Shown here piece after piece: positions 50,322-59,231 of a stretch of 64,000 nt of DNA. This DNA is from an uncultured virus (IMG/VR IMGVR_UViG_3300042317_001647) (Duplodnaviria; Heunggongvirae; Uroviricota; Caudoviricetes): IMG/VR virus record IMGVR_UViG_3300042317_001647, positions 1 to 64,000 of that record, one strand, 5' to 3'. The translations under genes were made by a program, and so were the position numbers. How positions within the stretch are numbered: position 1 is the stretch's first letter; the number at the start of each line of letters is the position of its first letter. The notes under the pieces were generated by a model that saw only the letters and a list, made by a program, of their open reading frames with translations, was not told the DNA's origin and did not search any database.

Positions 50322-51419
50322 ATGCATATAATTCCGGTAATAATTTTGTTATTATCATCACAAGTTGCTTATGCTGGTATAGGGACAGTAACCGATGCCA
50401 CGAGCAATGGGTGTAAAATTGAAAGAAATAAAAAGAATATTCCTGGGGATAAAGGTGTTATTATAGAAAGTATGGATGTTTATATTACTGGCAGTTGTAC
50501 CAGCAATATAACATTCAAAGACGATACTAAAGTAAAAGTTACAGAAAATAGTCGGCTTTTAATTGATGATTTTGTTTTCGATCCAAAAGCTAGCGATGCA
50601 AGTAAACTAGCATTAAAAGTTGGTATGGGTACAGTAAGATATGCATCAGGTCAAATTGCAAAAAATAACCCACAACAAGTAAATATTAAAACGCCAGCTG
50701 CCACAATTGCGGTTAGGGGAACTGATTTCACTATGACAGTTGATGAATCTGGACAAAGTTTAATCGTTTTAGTCCCGAGCTGCAAGGATGAAAAAGATAT
50801 CAAAAAATACGAATTAGCTGAAAATACCTGCAAAGTAGGGAAAATTGAAGTAGAAACATTGGCTGGAAAAGTAATTCTTGACGAAGCATTTCAAGCTACA
50901 TTTGTACAAAGTGCAACCATCTCACCAACCCCGGCTACATCAATTAATATAATTGAGTCGAAAATAACCAATAATCTGATTATCGTAAAACCATTAGAAG
51001 TACAGAGAGTTATGAAAGAAGTAATGAAATCCCCAAGAGATAAGGAATTAGAAGAAATAGAAGCCGAAGCCGCACGTAGGGTTGCAAATCAAGTTTCAAA
51101 AAGCGGCGAGGAAATTGAACAAGCAAGGATTCTAGCAATGATGGCAGCTGCTGGTAAATTAGGGTGTAATGCGGTTACAAGTATATGCGTTGCGTGGGAT
51201 AAAAATAATGATGATATCAGAGATCGTGGCAAAGGGACAGCTTTTCGAATTGCACCGTTTGAACATTATTCTGAAATAAAAACACAAGGATTTAATTCTA
51301 ATACTACAATTAATATTATTCAAAATAGTGTATCAGCATCAACCATTATAGGTGATGGTAGCCCAGGTGGAAATATAGTGACTATTACACAAAATACTGG
51401 AGTAATACAAATAAAATGA
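50322..51419 (+). CDS. FecR-domain secreted/periplasmic protein
   Basis: ITFKDDTKVKVTENS; IKTPAATIAVRGTDF. Confidence 0.8.
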   Translation: MHIIPVIILLLSSQVAYAGIGTVTDATSNGCKIERNKKNIPGDKGVIIESMDVYITGSCTSNITFKDDTKVKVTENSRLLIDDFVFDPKASDASKLALKVGMGTVRYASGQIAKNNPQQVNIKTPAATIAVRGTDFTMTVDESGQSLIVLVPSCKDEKDIKKYELAENTCKVGKIEVETLAGKVILDEAFQATFVQSATISPTPATSINIIESKITNNLIIVKPLEVQRVMKEVMKSPRDKELEEIEAEAARRVANQVSKSGEEIEQARILAMMAAAGKLGCNAVTSICVAWDKNNDDIRDRGKGTAFRIAPFEHYSEIKTQGFNSNTTINIIQNSVSASTIIGDGSPGGNIVTITQNTGVIQIK

Positions 51420-52525
51420 AATATATATTATTGTTTTTGATATCATTTCGTGTATTAGCAGATGGAGTACTCGGCCTCGAATATGTTGCGTATACCGCAG
51501 GAGGCGCAACACCTACCAGAACAACCAATAGAACCATTCTATCATCCGGTATAGTCCCATCATTAAATTATAATTGGGGCAGTGGTATAGTCATGGATTC
51601 AGGACGCACAGATGGTGTACTAGTTCATTTTACAGGAAACATTTTATGGCCAGGTCCGTCAGGCAATAAAACAATAACTTTCTATAACAGAAGTGATGAT
51701 GGATTCTATATGTCAATCAATAACACCACTGTTATTAACAATTGGATTGAACAAGGACCAGCAAATTTTAATGGTTCTGGGAGTATTACGCTGACTTCAG
51801 GACAAGTGTACACTATAGATGTGTGGTGGTATGAGAATGGAGGGGGTGCAGTTATTCAACTAAATTGGGATGTTGGGTCCGGAATAGTAGTTGTACCTAC
51901 TAACAATTTAGCTACCTCTCCTAGCTATTTTGTACCACCATTGTGCTGTGGCGGGTCATCATTTCAATTCAATACAAATACGGTAAATGCCGCAAATGTC
52001 CAATCATTTATAAACCGAGCAACATCTGATACACAGGTTTATATCGAGCAAATTGGTGATTTAAATACAATAACAATTACTCAATCTGGGTCTAAAAATA
52101 ATTTTGTTAATTACTATGGTGTTGGATCTAATAATACTGTTAATATTGACGAAACTTTGTCATCAATATCTGGTACGAATTACACAGAATTAATTATTTT
52201 AGGCAATAATAACAACGCTTCTATATTACAACTCAGTTCGGGCGGAGATAAGGGAATATTTTCTAAAATTAATGGTGATAATAACTCATTATTATCTCAA
52301 CAAAAAGATAACGGAAATCATTACCTTGAAATTGAATTGAATGGCAATAATAAAAACGTAGATACATTACAACAAGGATCAGGAAATCATATGGCCAAGA
52401 TCATAATATCAGGGCAGCCAACTGATCTCAGTCTTTCACAAAGCGGCAATACCAATCAGTCATATTCTATAAATTTCAATTGTGCGACACTAGGAGGATG
52501 TGCTAAAATTTCAGTTCAGCAATAA
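51416..52525 (+). CDS. PA14 domain + curlin-repeat protein
   Basis: NWG...SDDGF...NNW...WYENGGGA (PA14), then IEQIGDLN/QSGSKNN/QQGSGNH repeats. Confidence 0.75.
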   Translation: MKYILLFLISFRVLADGVLGLEYVAYTAGGATPTRTTNRTILSSGIVPSLNYNWGSGIVMDSGRTDGVLVHFTGNILWPGPSGNKTITFYNRSDDGFYMSINNTTVINNWIEQGPANFNGSGSITLTSGQVYTIDVWWYENGGGAVIQLNWDVGSGIVVVPTNNLATSPSYFVPPLCCGGSSFQFNTNTVNAANVQSFINRATSDTQVYIEQIGDLNTITITQSGSKNNFVNYYGVGSNNTVNIDETLSSISGTNYTELIILGNNNNASILQLSSGGDKGIFSKINGDNNSLLSQQKDNGNHYLEIELNGNNKNVDTLQQGSGNHMAKIIISGQPTDLSLSQSGNTNQSYSINFNCATLGGCAKISVQQ

Positions 52526-52560
52526 TTCTAAATAAATACAGTTTAATATATAGGAAACCC

Positions 52561-53430
52561 ATGTCAGTTTTAATACTAACTAAACACGCAACCCACGATT
52601 TTGAAACTCTAAAATTATTAGAGAGTTTTGTGGATAAGAATATAACTGTAAAAGTCTGTAATTTTAATTTATTTGATATTGTAATCAATGATGGTATTTA
52701 TTATCAAGGAATTAAATTCGATCTACCAAAAATAGTGTTAGTAAGATTGGGTGCTGGTATTACCCGTTCAGAACTATCGGTTATCAGATACTTCGAATTA
52801 GCCAATATTCCATGCATTAATTCAAGTGAAAGTATTAATATAGTCCAGGATAAATTTCAAACTAGTGAAATATTAAGCCGCAATAATATCCCAGTACCAA
52901 CCACAATGGTGGTCAAGTTTCCAATAACAAATAATTTAGTGGCCACTACAATTGGATTTCCTTGTGTAATCAAAGTAGTAGTTGGTAGTTTTGGTGAAGG
53001 GGTATACCTATGTCAATCCGAGCTCGAATATACTAGAATTATCGAATTCGTAGATGCACTTCATAATGAAAAAACATTAATTGCACAAGAGTATATTGGT
53101 GATCGCCCAGGTGAGGATTTAAGAGTGTTTGTGGTTGGTGGCAAAGTTCTGGGCGCAATGAAAAGAACCGCACCAAAAAATGACTTTAGAGCCAATATAT
53201 CAAATGGTGGGACTGGCGAGAAATACGAAGTTACCCCAGAAATAGAAGAGATTGCAATTGACACAGCAGATGTGCTAGGATTAGACATAGCCGGTATTGA
53301 TTTGCTTTTTACAAAAGAAGGATTTGTTGTGTGTGAAGCAAATTCAAACCCAGGATTTAGCGGATTTAACCAATATTGTAATGTTAATGTCGCAGACCAC
53401 ATTGTAAACTATATAGAAAATATGTTATGA
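52561..53430 (+). CDS. rimK: RimK-family ATP-grasp ligase
   Basis: DKF, GSFGEGV, QEYI, DLRVFVVG, FRANISNGG, GIDLL, CEANSNPG. Confidence 0.88.
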   Translation: MSVLILTKHATHDFETLKLLESFVDKNITVKVCNFNLFDIVINDGIYYQGIKFDLPKIVLVRLGAGITRSELSVIRYFELANIPCINSSESINIVQDKFQTSEILSRNNIPVPTTMVVKFPITNNLVATTIGFPCVIKVVVGSFGEGVYLCQSELEYTRIIEFVDALHNEKTLIAQEYIGDRPGEDLRVFVVGGKVLGAMKRTAPKNDFRANISNGGTGEKYEVTPEIEEIAIDTADVLGLDIAGIDLLFTKEGFVVCEANSNPGFSGFNQYCNVNVADHIVNYIENML

Positions 53431-55496
53431 TTAAAAAAATATTATTAAACCCTTGGACGGCATTATTAACATTGATTGTAATATTAAGTGTTCGAATTTC
53501 TGATCCAGAATTTGTGGAAAGTGTTAGATTACGATATTTTGACACGCTTATTTCAGCAAAACCTATCACAAATAATCCAATTTATACTATTAATATCGAT
53601 GAAAACTCATTAGATAAGTATGGACAATGGCCATTTAAACGCGATATATATTCCCAAATAGTCGAAGATCTATATAAACATAATGCTGGATTGGTTGTTC
53701 TCAATATTTTAATGCCTGAAACCGACCGCCAAGGTGGGGATAAGATATTGGCTGAAACATTAAAAAATAATCAGATTATCTTACCAAGTATACCAGCCGA
53801 TTTTACTAAAAATACACCAAGAATCACAGGTGCAGCTGTATTAGGACCAGATTATTTAGATAGGATAATCCAATACCCAGGTATCATTTCAAATATAGAG
53901 ATTTTAAACGACAAAGCAGCAGGTGTTGGCACAGTTAATACCTTACCAGAAATAGACGGTGTTAATCGTAGAATGCCATTAGTGGTTTCAGTTAAGGATA
54001 AGTTATACCCATCGTTAGGTTTAGAAACATTGCGGGTTGCGGCTGGTGATACTACATTCCAAATCAAACTAAATGAAAATGGTGTTGAAAAACTGAGAAT
54101 TCCTAAATTTGGACCGATCACTACTGATAATTTAGGCCGTATCTGGATTGATTGGAGTCAGAAGTCTATCAACAAAGGTTTAAATACTATCACAGATGAT
54201 TACGATTTTATTGGTGGGATCGTCATTGTTGGACCAACCGCAGCAGGGATTGGTAACCCAATACCAACTGCCAATGGTGCTATCTTTCCACATGAAGCAC
54301 AAGCAGCAGTAATAGGAACAATGATGAATGGGGTTTTTATCCAACGCCCTGATTATGCAGATGGCGTGGAGGTATTAGTATTATTAATAACTGGTACTAT
54401 ATTGTTATTCCTCACTAGATGGATTTATATTGGGCTAGCATCAATAATTGCACTGTCAGTTGGTGCCGTATTCGCCAGTCACTATGTATTTTTAACATAT
54501 TTGTATCTGTTTGACATAACTGCTTTCGTAAGTGGTATAGTGTTGGTTGGTTTACATGCTTACGGTGTTAAATTCCTCAGTGAATTCTTTCAAAAGCAAC
54601 AAATTAAAAAACAATTTGGCACTTATTTAAGCCCTGCTTTAGTAGAAAAATTACAGAAAAATCCTGAATTATTAACATTAGGCGGTGAGTCACGTGAACT
54701 TTCAATTATGTTTACAGATGTACATGGATTCACATCTATTTCAGAACATTATGGTAAAAATGTACAAGGATTGACACAAATAATGAACCGTTATATGACT
54801 GCTATGACCGCAAAAATCATTGAAAACGATGGAACATTAGACAAATATATCGGCGATGCTCAAATGGCGTTTTGGAATGCCCCACTAGATGACCCCGATC
54901 ATGCAAAACATGCTGTAAAAACAGCATTACAAATGTTAATTAACTTAAAGGAGTTTAATGATGAGATCGAGAAAGAGGGGGTACCTGCATTCGGTATGGG
55001 ACTTGGTATTAACACTGATACTGTCGTTGTTGGTAATATGGGTAGCAATCAGCGCTTTGATTATACTTGCCTTGGAGATGGGGTTAACCTCGCTTCACGT
55101 CTTGAAGGCCAAAGCAAGCCATACGGCGTCAAAATCGTTCTGGGCACGAAGACAGCAGACTATATCAAAGACGAATACTTTATAATCGAACTTGATAAAA
55201 TCGCGGTAAAAGGTAAGAAAGAAGGCGTACACATTTTTACTGTGTTAAGCCATTTGGATGATTTTAATCATGATGATTATTATTATCCAGCATTATCTTA
55301 CCACAACCAAATGTTAAATGCCTATCGAAGCAAACATTGGGATGTGGCTTCTGAAATGTGTAAACAATTATTATGTGAGTTTGATGGTGACATGGATCAT
55401 TATTATGAAATGATGATTGATCGTATTGCTGAATACAAAAACAGTAATTCATTACCAAAAGTTTGGGATGGCACATTTGTTGCCACTAGTAAGTAA
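53427..55496 (+). CDS. CHASE2-domain class III adenylate/guanylate cyclase
   Basis: IDENSLDKYGQWPF, DGVNRR; three TM helices; FTDVHGFT, DKYIGDA, GDGVNLASRLEG, VKGK. Confidence 0.92.
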   Translation: MIKKILLNPWTALLTLIVILSVRISDPEFVESVRLRYFDTLISAKPITNNPIYTINIDENSLDKYGQWPFKRDIYSQIVEDLYKHNAGLVVLNILMPETDRQGGDKILAETLKNNQIILPSIPADFTKNTPRITGAAVLGPDYLDRIIQYPGIISNIEILNDKAAGVGTVNTLPEIDGVNRRMPLVVSVKDKLYPSLGLETLRVAAGDTTFQIKLNENGVEKLRIPKFGPITTDNLGRIWIDWSQKSINKGLNTITDDYDFIGGIVIVGPTAAGIGNPIPTANGAIFPHEAQAAVIGTMMNGVFIQRPDYADGVEVLVLLITGTILLFLTRWIYIGLASIIALSVGAVFASHYVFLTYLYLFDITAFVSGIVLVGLHAYGVKFLSEFFQKQQIKKQFGTYLSPALVEKLQKNPELLTLGGESRELSIMFTDVHGFTSISEHYGKNVQGLTQIMNRYMTAMTAKIIENDGTLDKYIGDAQMAFWNAPLDDPDHAKHAVKTALQMLINLKEFNDEIEKEGVPAFGMGLGINTDTVVVGNMGSNQRFDYTCLGDGVNLASRLEGQSKPYGVKIVLGTKTADYIKDEYFIIELDKIAVKGKKEGVHIFTVLSHLDDFNHDDYYYPALSYHNQMLNAYRSKHWDVASEMCKQLLCEFDGDMDHYYEMMIDRIAEYKNSNSLPKVWDGTFVATSK

Positions 55497-55502
55497 TACT
55501 AC

Positions 55503-55586
55503 ACTTCTTGGAACGCTGGTAGCGAATCAGCGTTCCAAAGGTGGTAGCCACCTATCGCCTTCGTAACAGAGTCACGGTCCTACGGC
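55503..55586 (-). ncRNA. Candidate three-hairpin structured RNA
   Basis: 11-bp and 5-6-bp perfect stems, both with GCUAC at the apex; G-U pattern favours the minus strand. Confidence 0.45.
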
Positions 55587-55591
55587 AATTC

Positions 55592-56146
55592 TTACCACCA
55601 CAAAAATATTCCTTGTAACATTAGTCCAAGACCACTGGCGGCCACAATAAAACTTCCAAAAAACAAATAGATGTTAGCTGATAATATACTGGTTGACAAT
55701 AATACAATGGCTAATTGATATGCTGAACTCGCATAAGAAATCCAAGGTGTTTTTGTTTTAGCAACATCACGTGCTTCTTCCAAAGCTTTGGCATCTTCTA
55801 ATAACTCCTGTTTTCCTTCACGTGTGGTTGGATCACTTTCATAACTGGCAGCCTTATCTAAAAACTTTTTAGAAAGTTCAGGCGTGTCAGCATCTGATGC
55901 TGCTAATTCATACATGGTTTGTTTCATACTTTTTGCTTGATAAAAGTTCCATAAATCATTAGCTTTAATAGTGTTATTCATTATAGTACTGTTCAATGTT
56001 CCGCTGATATATGTATTAGCAGCTAATAATGCAGCAAAAATATTAATTACTAGTCCAGCTCTACTTTTGATTTTATCCCCAGCAGAGGATATTTGCTTTT
56101 CTTCAGCTTTCCTCGCTGCTTTTAATCCTAAATCTTCAATTCCCAT
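55592..56146 (-). CDS. Membrane protein (DUF4337-like)
   Basis: TM, then WNFYQAKSMK, coiled region, QLAIVLLS and two TMs. Confidence 0.65.
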   Translation of the reverse strand: MGIEDLGLKAARKAEEKQISSAGDKIKSRAGLVINIFAALLAANTYISGTLNSTIMNNTIKANDLWNFYQAKSMKQTMYELAASDADTPELSKKFLDKAASYESDPTTREGKQELLEDAKALEEARDVAKTKTPWISYASSAYQLAIVLLSTSILSANIYLFFGSFIVAASGLGLMLQGIFLWW

Positions 56147-56155
56147 TTTGTTTCC

Positions 56156-56446
56156 TTAACAATTCCATCGTTTACGAGCTTTACATATTGGCTTATCCGG
56201 TGTGCTTGAACAATCTATGTTATGCATCTTTTTTTGTCCATTTGATCTTGCACAAAAACTTTTTCTTCGATTGGCATCTTTACTTCCTTTCTTAATCTCA
56301 CTAGGTTTAGTAGTAACTGCTGTTTTTAATTTAGAACCAGGATTTTCCCGTTTATAAGAATTAACTGCTTTTTGACTCATACCATCCGTATTGTCTTTTT
56401 TATTTACTTTTTGCCAATCTTCATTTATAAATTCACTTACTCTCAT
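56156..56446 (-). CDS. Basic phage protein (RRKSFCARS...RKRWNC type)
   Basis: Start moved to MRVSEFINE; conserved-looking Cys/Trp end. Confidence 0.6.
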   Translation of the reverse strand: MRVSEFINEDWQKVNKKDNTDGMSQKAVNSYKRENPGSKLKTAVTTKPSEIKKGSKDANRRKSFCARSNGQKKMHNIDCSSTPDKPICKARKRWNC

Positions 56447-56460
56447 TACTGTCCCTAATA

Positions 56461-57420
56461 TCAAGGTCTTCGTACAATATTTATCCATTTTGTACGAAGA
56501 TTAGTTGCTCTGTTTTTTGCCAATAATGATTTCATTTTAGAAATATAAGAATTAAATTCTTCATCATTCATTGAAGCATATTTTCTTCCCATTATTTCTT
56601 GTTGGTTGGTTTTCTTTCCTTTTTTGGCTATACTTATTTTAGCACCAAAATCTTCAGCCTTTTTAATACCTTTACTTTTTTCACTCATCTTCTTTCTTGT
56701 TTCATCAGATATTACTCTTCCTTTACCGGCTTCTCCAATTTTTCGTTTGGTGAGTTCAGAGTGCTTATACGTTTTTCCTATATACCATCCTTCACCCGGG
56801 CAGTCGTTTGAAAATGTATCTTCTATACCGTTCGTCCAACATTTTCTCCCTTTTACATTAGTATTACCAAGTTGTGCCAATCTTGATTTTTCAATAGAAA
56901 TCGGGCATTTCTTTCTTCCAGTATTATATTTTATTACTGCTTCTATTGCAGCTGCAGATGGTTTTCGCCCTTTATTAGAAGCTGATATTTTATCTTTTGT
57001 TTCCTGAGAACATTTTTTACCCAATTTTAATTCTGACATATATTCAGACCAATTTATTTTTGCTTGTTCAAATTCTTCACCAGACTGTATTTTTCTATGC
57101 ATGTCTAGAGTTCTTGCAGATGTCATATACCATAATGCACAAACCATTTTTGATCTATTTTTACCATCTGTCATTTCTAGTAATAATTTATGACAATTAT
57201 AATGTTCTTCTGCTGTCAATAAAACTTTGTTCCATAATGATTTTTTATATTCTGGAAATATTGATTTTGGTAGTACGTGATGCTCTTCGTAATATTGATA
57301 CAGAGGGTTTGTCTTTCTATATTTTTTACGAGGTTGTTGAATTGCATATTCTATTATAGTATAATAGTGTTGTGTTGCTAAATTAGCAGCAAACACACCT
57401 TGATGTTGATAAATATTCAT
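56461..57420 (-). mobile_element. Free-standing HNH homing endonuclease with NUMOD3-like repeats
   Basis: EEHHVLPKS...NKVLLTAEEHYNCH; repeated (H)SEETK.KIS...KG units. Confidence 0.85.
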
Positions 57421-57479
57421 GTTGATACTCCTGTAAAGTATTAAAGTAGTTGGGAATCCCCATTCCGCGAACTACATTC

Positions 57480-57737
57480 TTATTTATCATTTTTTTGTTC
57501 ACTTTCTCGCATTTGAAGAACTGTATTCAATTTTGCAGTAATTCGAAGGCAATCCGCATCAACTAGACGAATTTTATCAATTAGTGAAATTAATTCTTTA
57601 TTTGCATCTACCAGTACCGGATTAATCTCATTTATTGTAAAATCCCAAACATATTTCACCATTTTCAACATATATCCTGCGGCAATTATTGGAAATCCAT
57701 AACGATTTATAATATCTGCTATTTGTGTTATATCCAT
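57480..57737 (-). CDS. Small membrane/coiled-coil protein (GFPI motif)
   Basis: YGFPIIAAG TM followed by a coiled coil. Confidence 0.65.
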   Translation of the reverse strand: MDITQIADIINRYGFPIIAAGYMLKMVKYVWDFTINEINPVLVDANKELISLIDKIRLVDADCLRITAKLNTVLQMRESEQKNDK

Positions 57738-58019
57738 TTAATCTCTCCTACAATCATCTCTAACTGATCTCGCAATTCTGTCCAAATCAGGGCGTAATCC
57801 CAGTTTTGCAGAAACTGTAACATCGATTTTTACCAATTCATTAGATGTTATTCTAACTCTGTTCTCTAATGCAGTAACTATACTAGCAAATGTCCTAACA
57901 GATGTAATTACATCACCAAGTACAAATTTTAATGCGGTGAATATAAATGCACCTAACACACAACTACCAAGAATTGGGGTTATTGTATCAGAAAAAAATT
58001 TTATATATTCTGGGCTCAT
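57738..58019 (-). CDS. Small membrane/coiled-coil protein
   Basis: TM, then LENRV...ELVKID; paralogous to its neighbours. Confidence 0.65.
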   Translation of the reverse strand: MSPEYIKFFSDTITPILGSCVLGAFIFTALKFVLGDVITSVRTFASIVTALENRVRITSNELVKIDVTVSAKLGLRPDLDRIARSVRDDCRRD

Positions 58020-58465
58020 TTTGTAATTCCTTCTACTTTTTCCATAATTGAATCAACGTTTTTATCGATTGCATTATCAACCGCATTCTTAAGTTTCTCA
58101 CGAATTGATTTTTTAGGAATCTCAGGAGCTGGGTTAGTTTGTATTGGTTGTTTCACATCATGACTATTCATTACCGCTGCTACTTCATGATGTATTTTTT
58201 CTGGCAATGATTGAACATTTAATGCTTGTGAAATCAATTTATCAATCTCAATAATATCAACATTCATCTGTTTCACTCGTCCATCCATTGATTTAATTAA
58301 AAATGTCATCTTCTTAATGGATTTGACCACTGAACCCAACACCAGCTGAATTGCTTGCATAACAAACCAGCCACACACGACTGCAAGGGCTATTGGGAAT
58401 CCTGCTTGTTGTACCAGACTAAAAAAATCAAAATTAGGGATACCTATGTCCACATACTTCTCCAT
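58016..58465 (-). CDS. Membrane/coiled-coil protein (GFPI motif)
   Basis: AGFPIALAV TM; MDGRVKQMNVDIIEID. Confidence 0.65.
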   Translation of the reverse strand: MEKYVDIGIPNFDFFSLVQQAGFPIALAVVCGWFVMQAIQLVLGSVVKSIKKMTFLIKSMDGRVKQMNVDIIEIDKLISQALNVQSLPEKIHHEVAAVMNSHDVKQPIQTNPAPEIPKKSIREKLKNAVDNAIDKNVDSIMEKVEGITK

Positions 58466-58491
58466 TAATAGTAGTATTTATTAAAAAATGC

Positions 58492-58519
58492 TTGACATCA
58501 CGTTTGGCTGATGTATAAT
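58492..58519 (+). promoter_or_regulatory. sigma70-type promoter
   Basis: TTGACA-16-TATAAT. Confidence 0.8.
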
Positions 58520-58550
58520 AAGCTCATCTTAAACAACAGAGGTACCGAAA

Positions 58551-58622
58551 ATGGCTAGAAGTAGAAATAACAAAGTAACCGGTCAACCAAGAACAAAAGC
58601 ACGTGTAAAACGTAACAAATAA
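58551..58622 (+). CDS. 23-aa basic micro-protein MARSRNNKVTGQPRTKARVKRNK
   Basis: Own promoter and GAGGT SD at good spacing. Confidence 0.55.
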   Translation: MARSRNNKVTGQPRTKARVKRNK

Positions 58623-58625
58623 TTC

Positions 58626-58653
58626 TTGACAAATATAAATATAATGCTATAAT
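58626..58653 (+). promoter_or_regulatory. sigma70-type promoter for the tmRNA region
   Basis: TTGACA-16-TATAAT with extended -10 TG. Confidence 0.8.
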
Positions 58654-58834
58654 AAGCAAATAGTCTAACTTAAATCTGGTACATAGTATAAATGATCAGG
58701 AGTGGTACGCCATTATTGAACCATAGTTAGATATTTAATTTATCTATGCTAACATATAGAAGTCATAGAGTTCTATTTAGTAGCTCTACCTTAACAGGCT
58801 GAAGTCGCAAGGGTGTGCGGTATAGATATACAGA

Positions 58835-59178
58835 ATTGTTGTAATTCCTTCAACGAGGAAGCGTTCAAGACGCGGGTTCGAAACCCGCCAGCTCCACCAT
58901 AAGAACATAGGTTGGTATCAGAGTGGGGCCATAGCCATAAACTCCCTGCCCCTTAAAAGGGGAGTATCTATGTTTTTATGATGGGGCTGTATTGGATTCG
59001 ATTGGGCGAAGAGTTAGAGAAGGCAACAGGAGAGATGACTGACCTAATCAGCATAAACATAGTAATCGCAAACGATTCTAAATTTGAATTCTACACTGTA
59101 GATGGCATCTTTGATGCTATCGCTGCTTAATAACCAGCGAATTCTGGGGTAGGAAATACCTTATAACCAAAAATACCT
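58835..59178 (+). ncRNA. ssrA: Circularly permuted (two-piece) tmRNA; tag ANDSKFEFYTVDGIFDAIAA
   Basis: 3' piece (T-arm GCGGGTTCGAAACCCGC + CAGCTCCACCA, ends 58899) precedes the 5' piece GGGGCTG..GATTCGA (58983). G3-U70 Ala pair present; tag ORF 59068-59130. Outer ends approximate. Confidence 0.9.
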
Positions 59179-59207
59179 AGTAGGGAGAAATCCCTACTAT
59201 CTTTTTA
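59178..59207 (+). terminator. Intrinsic terminator after tmRNA
   Basis: TAGTAGGGA-GAAA-TCCCTACTA-TCTTTTT. Confidence 0.8.
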
Positions 59208-59231
59208 CACATTCACATTCAAAAGGGTATT

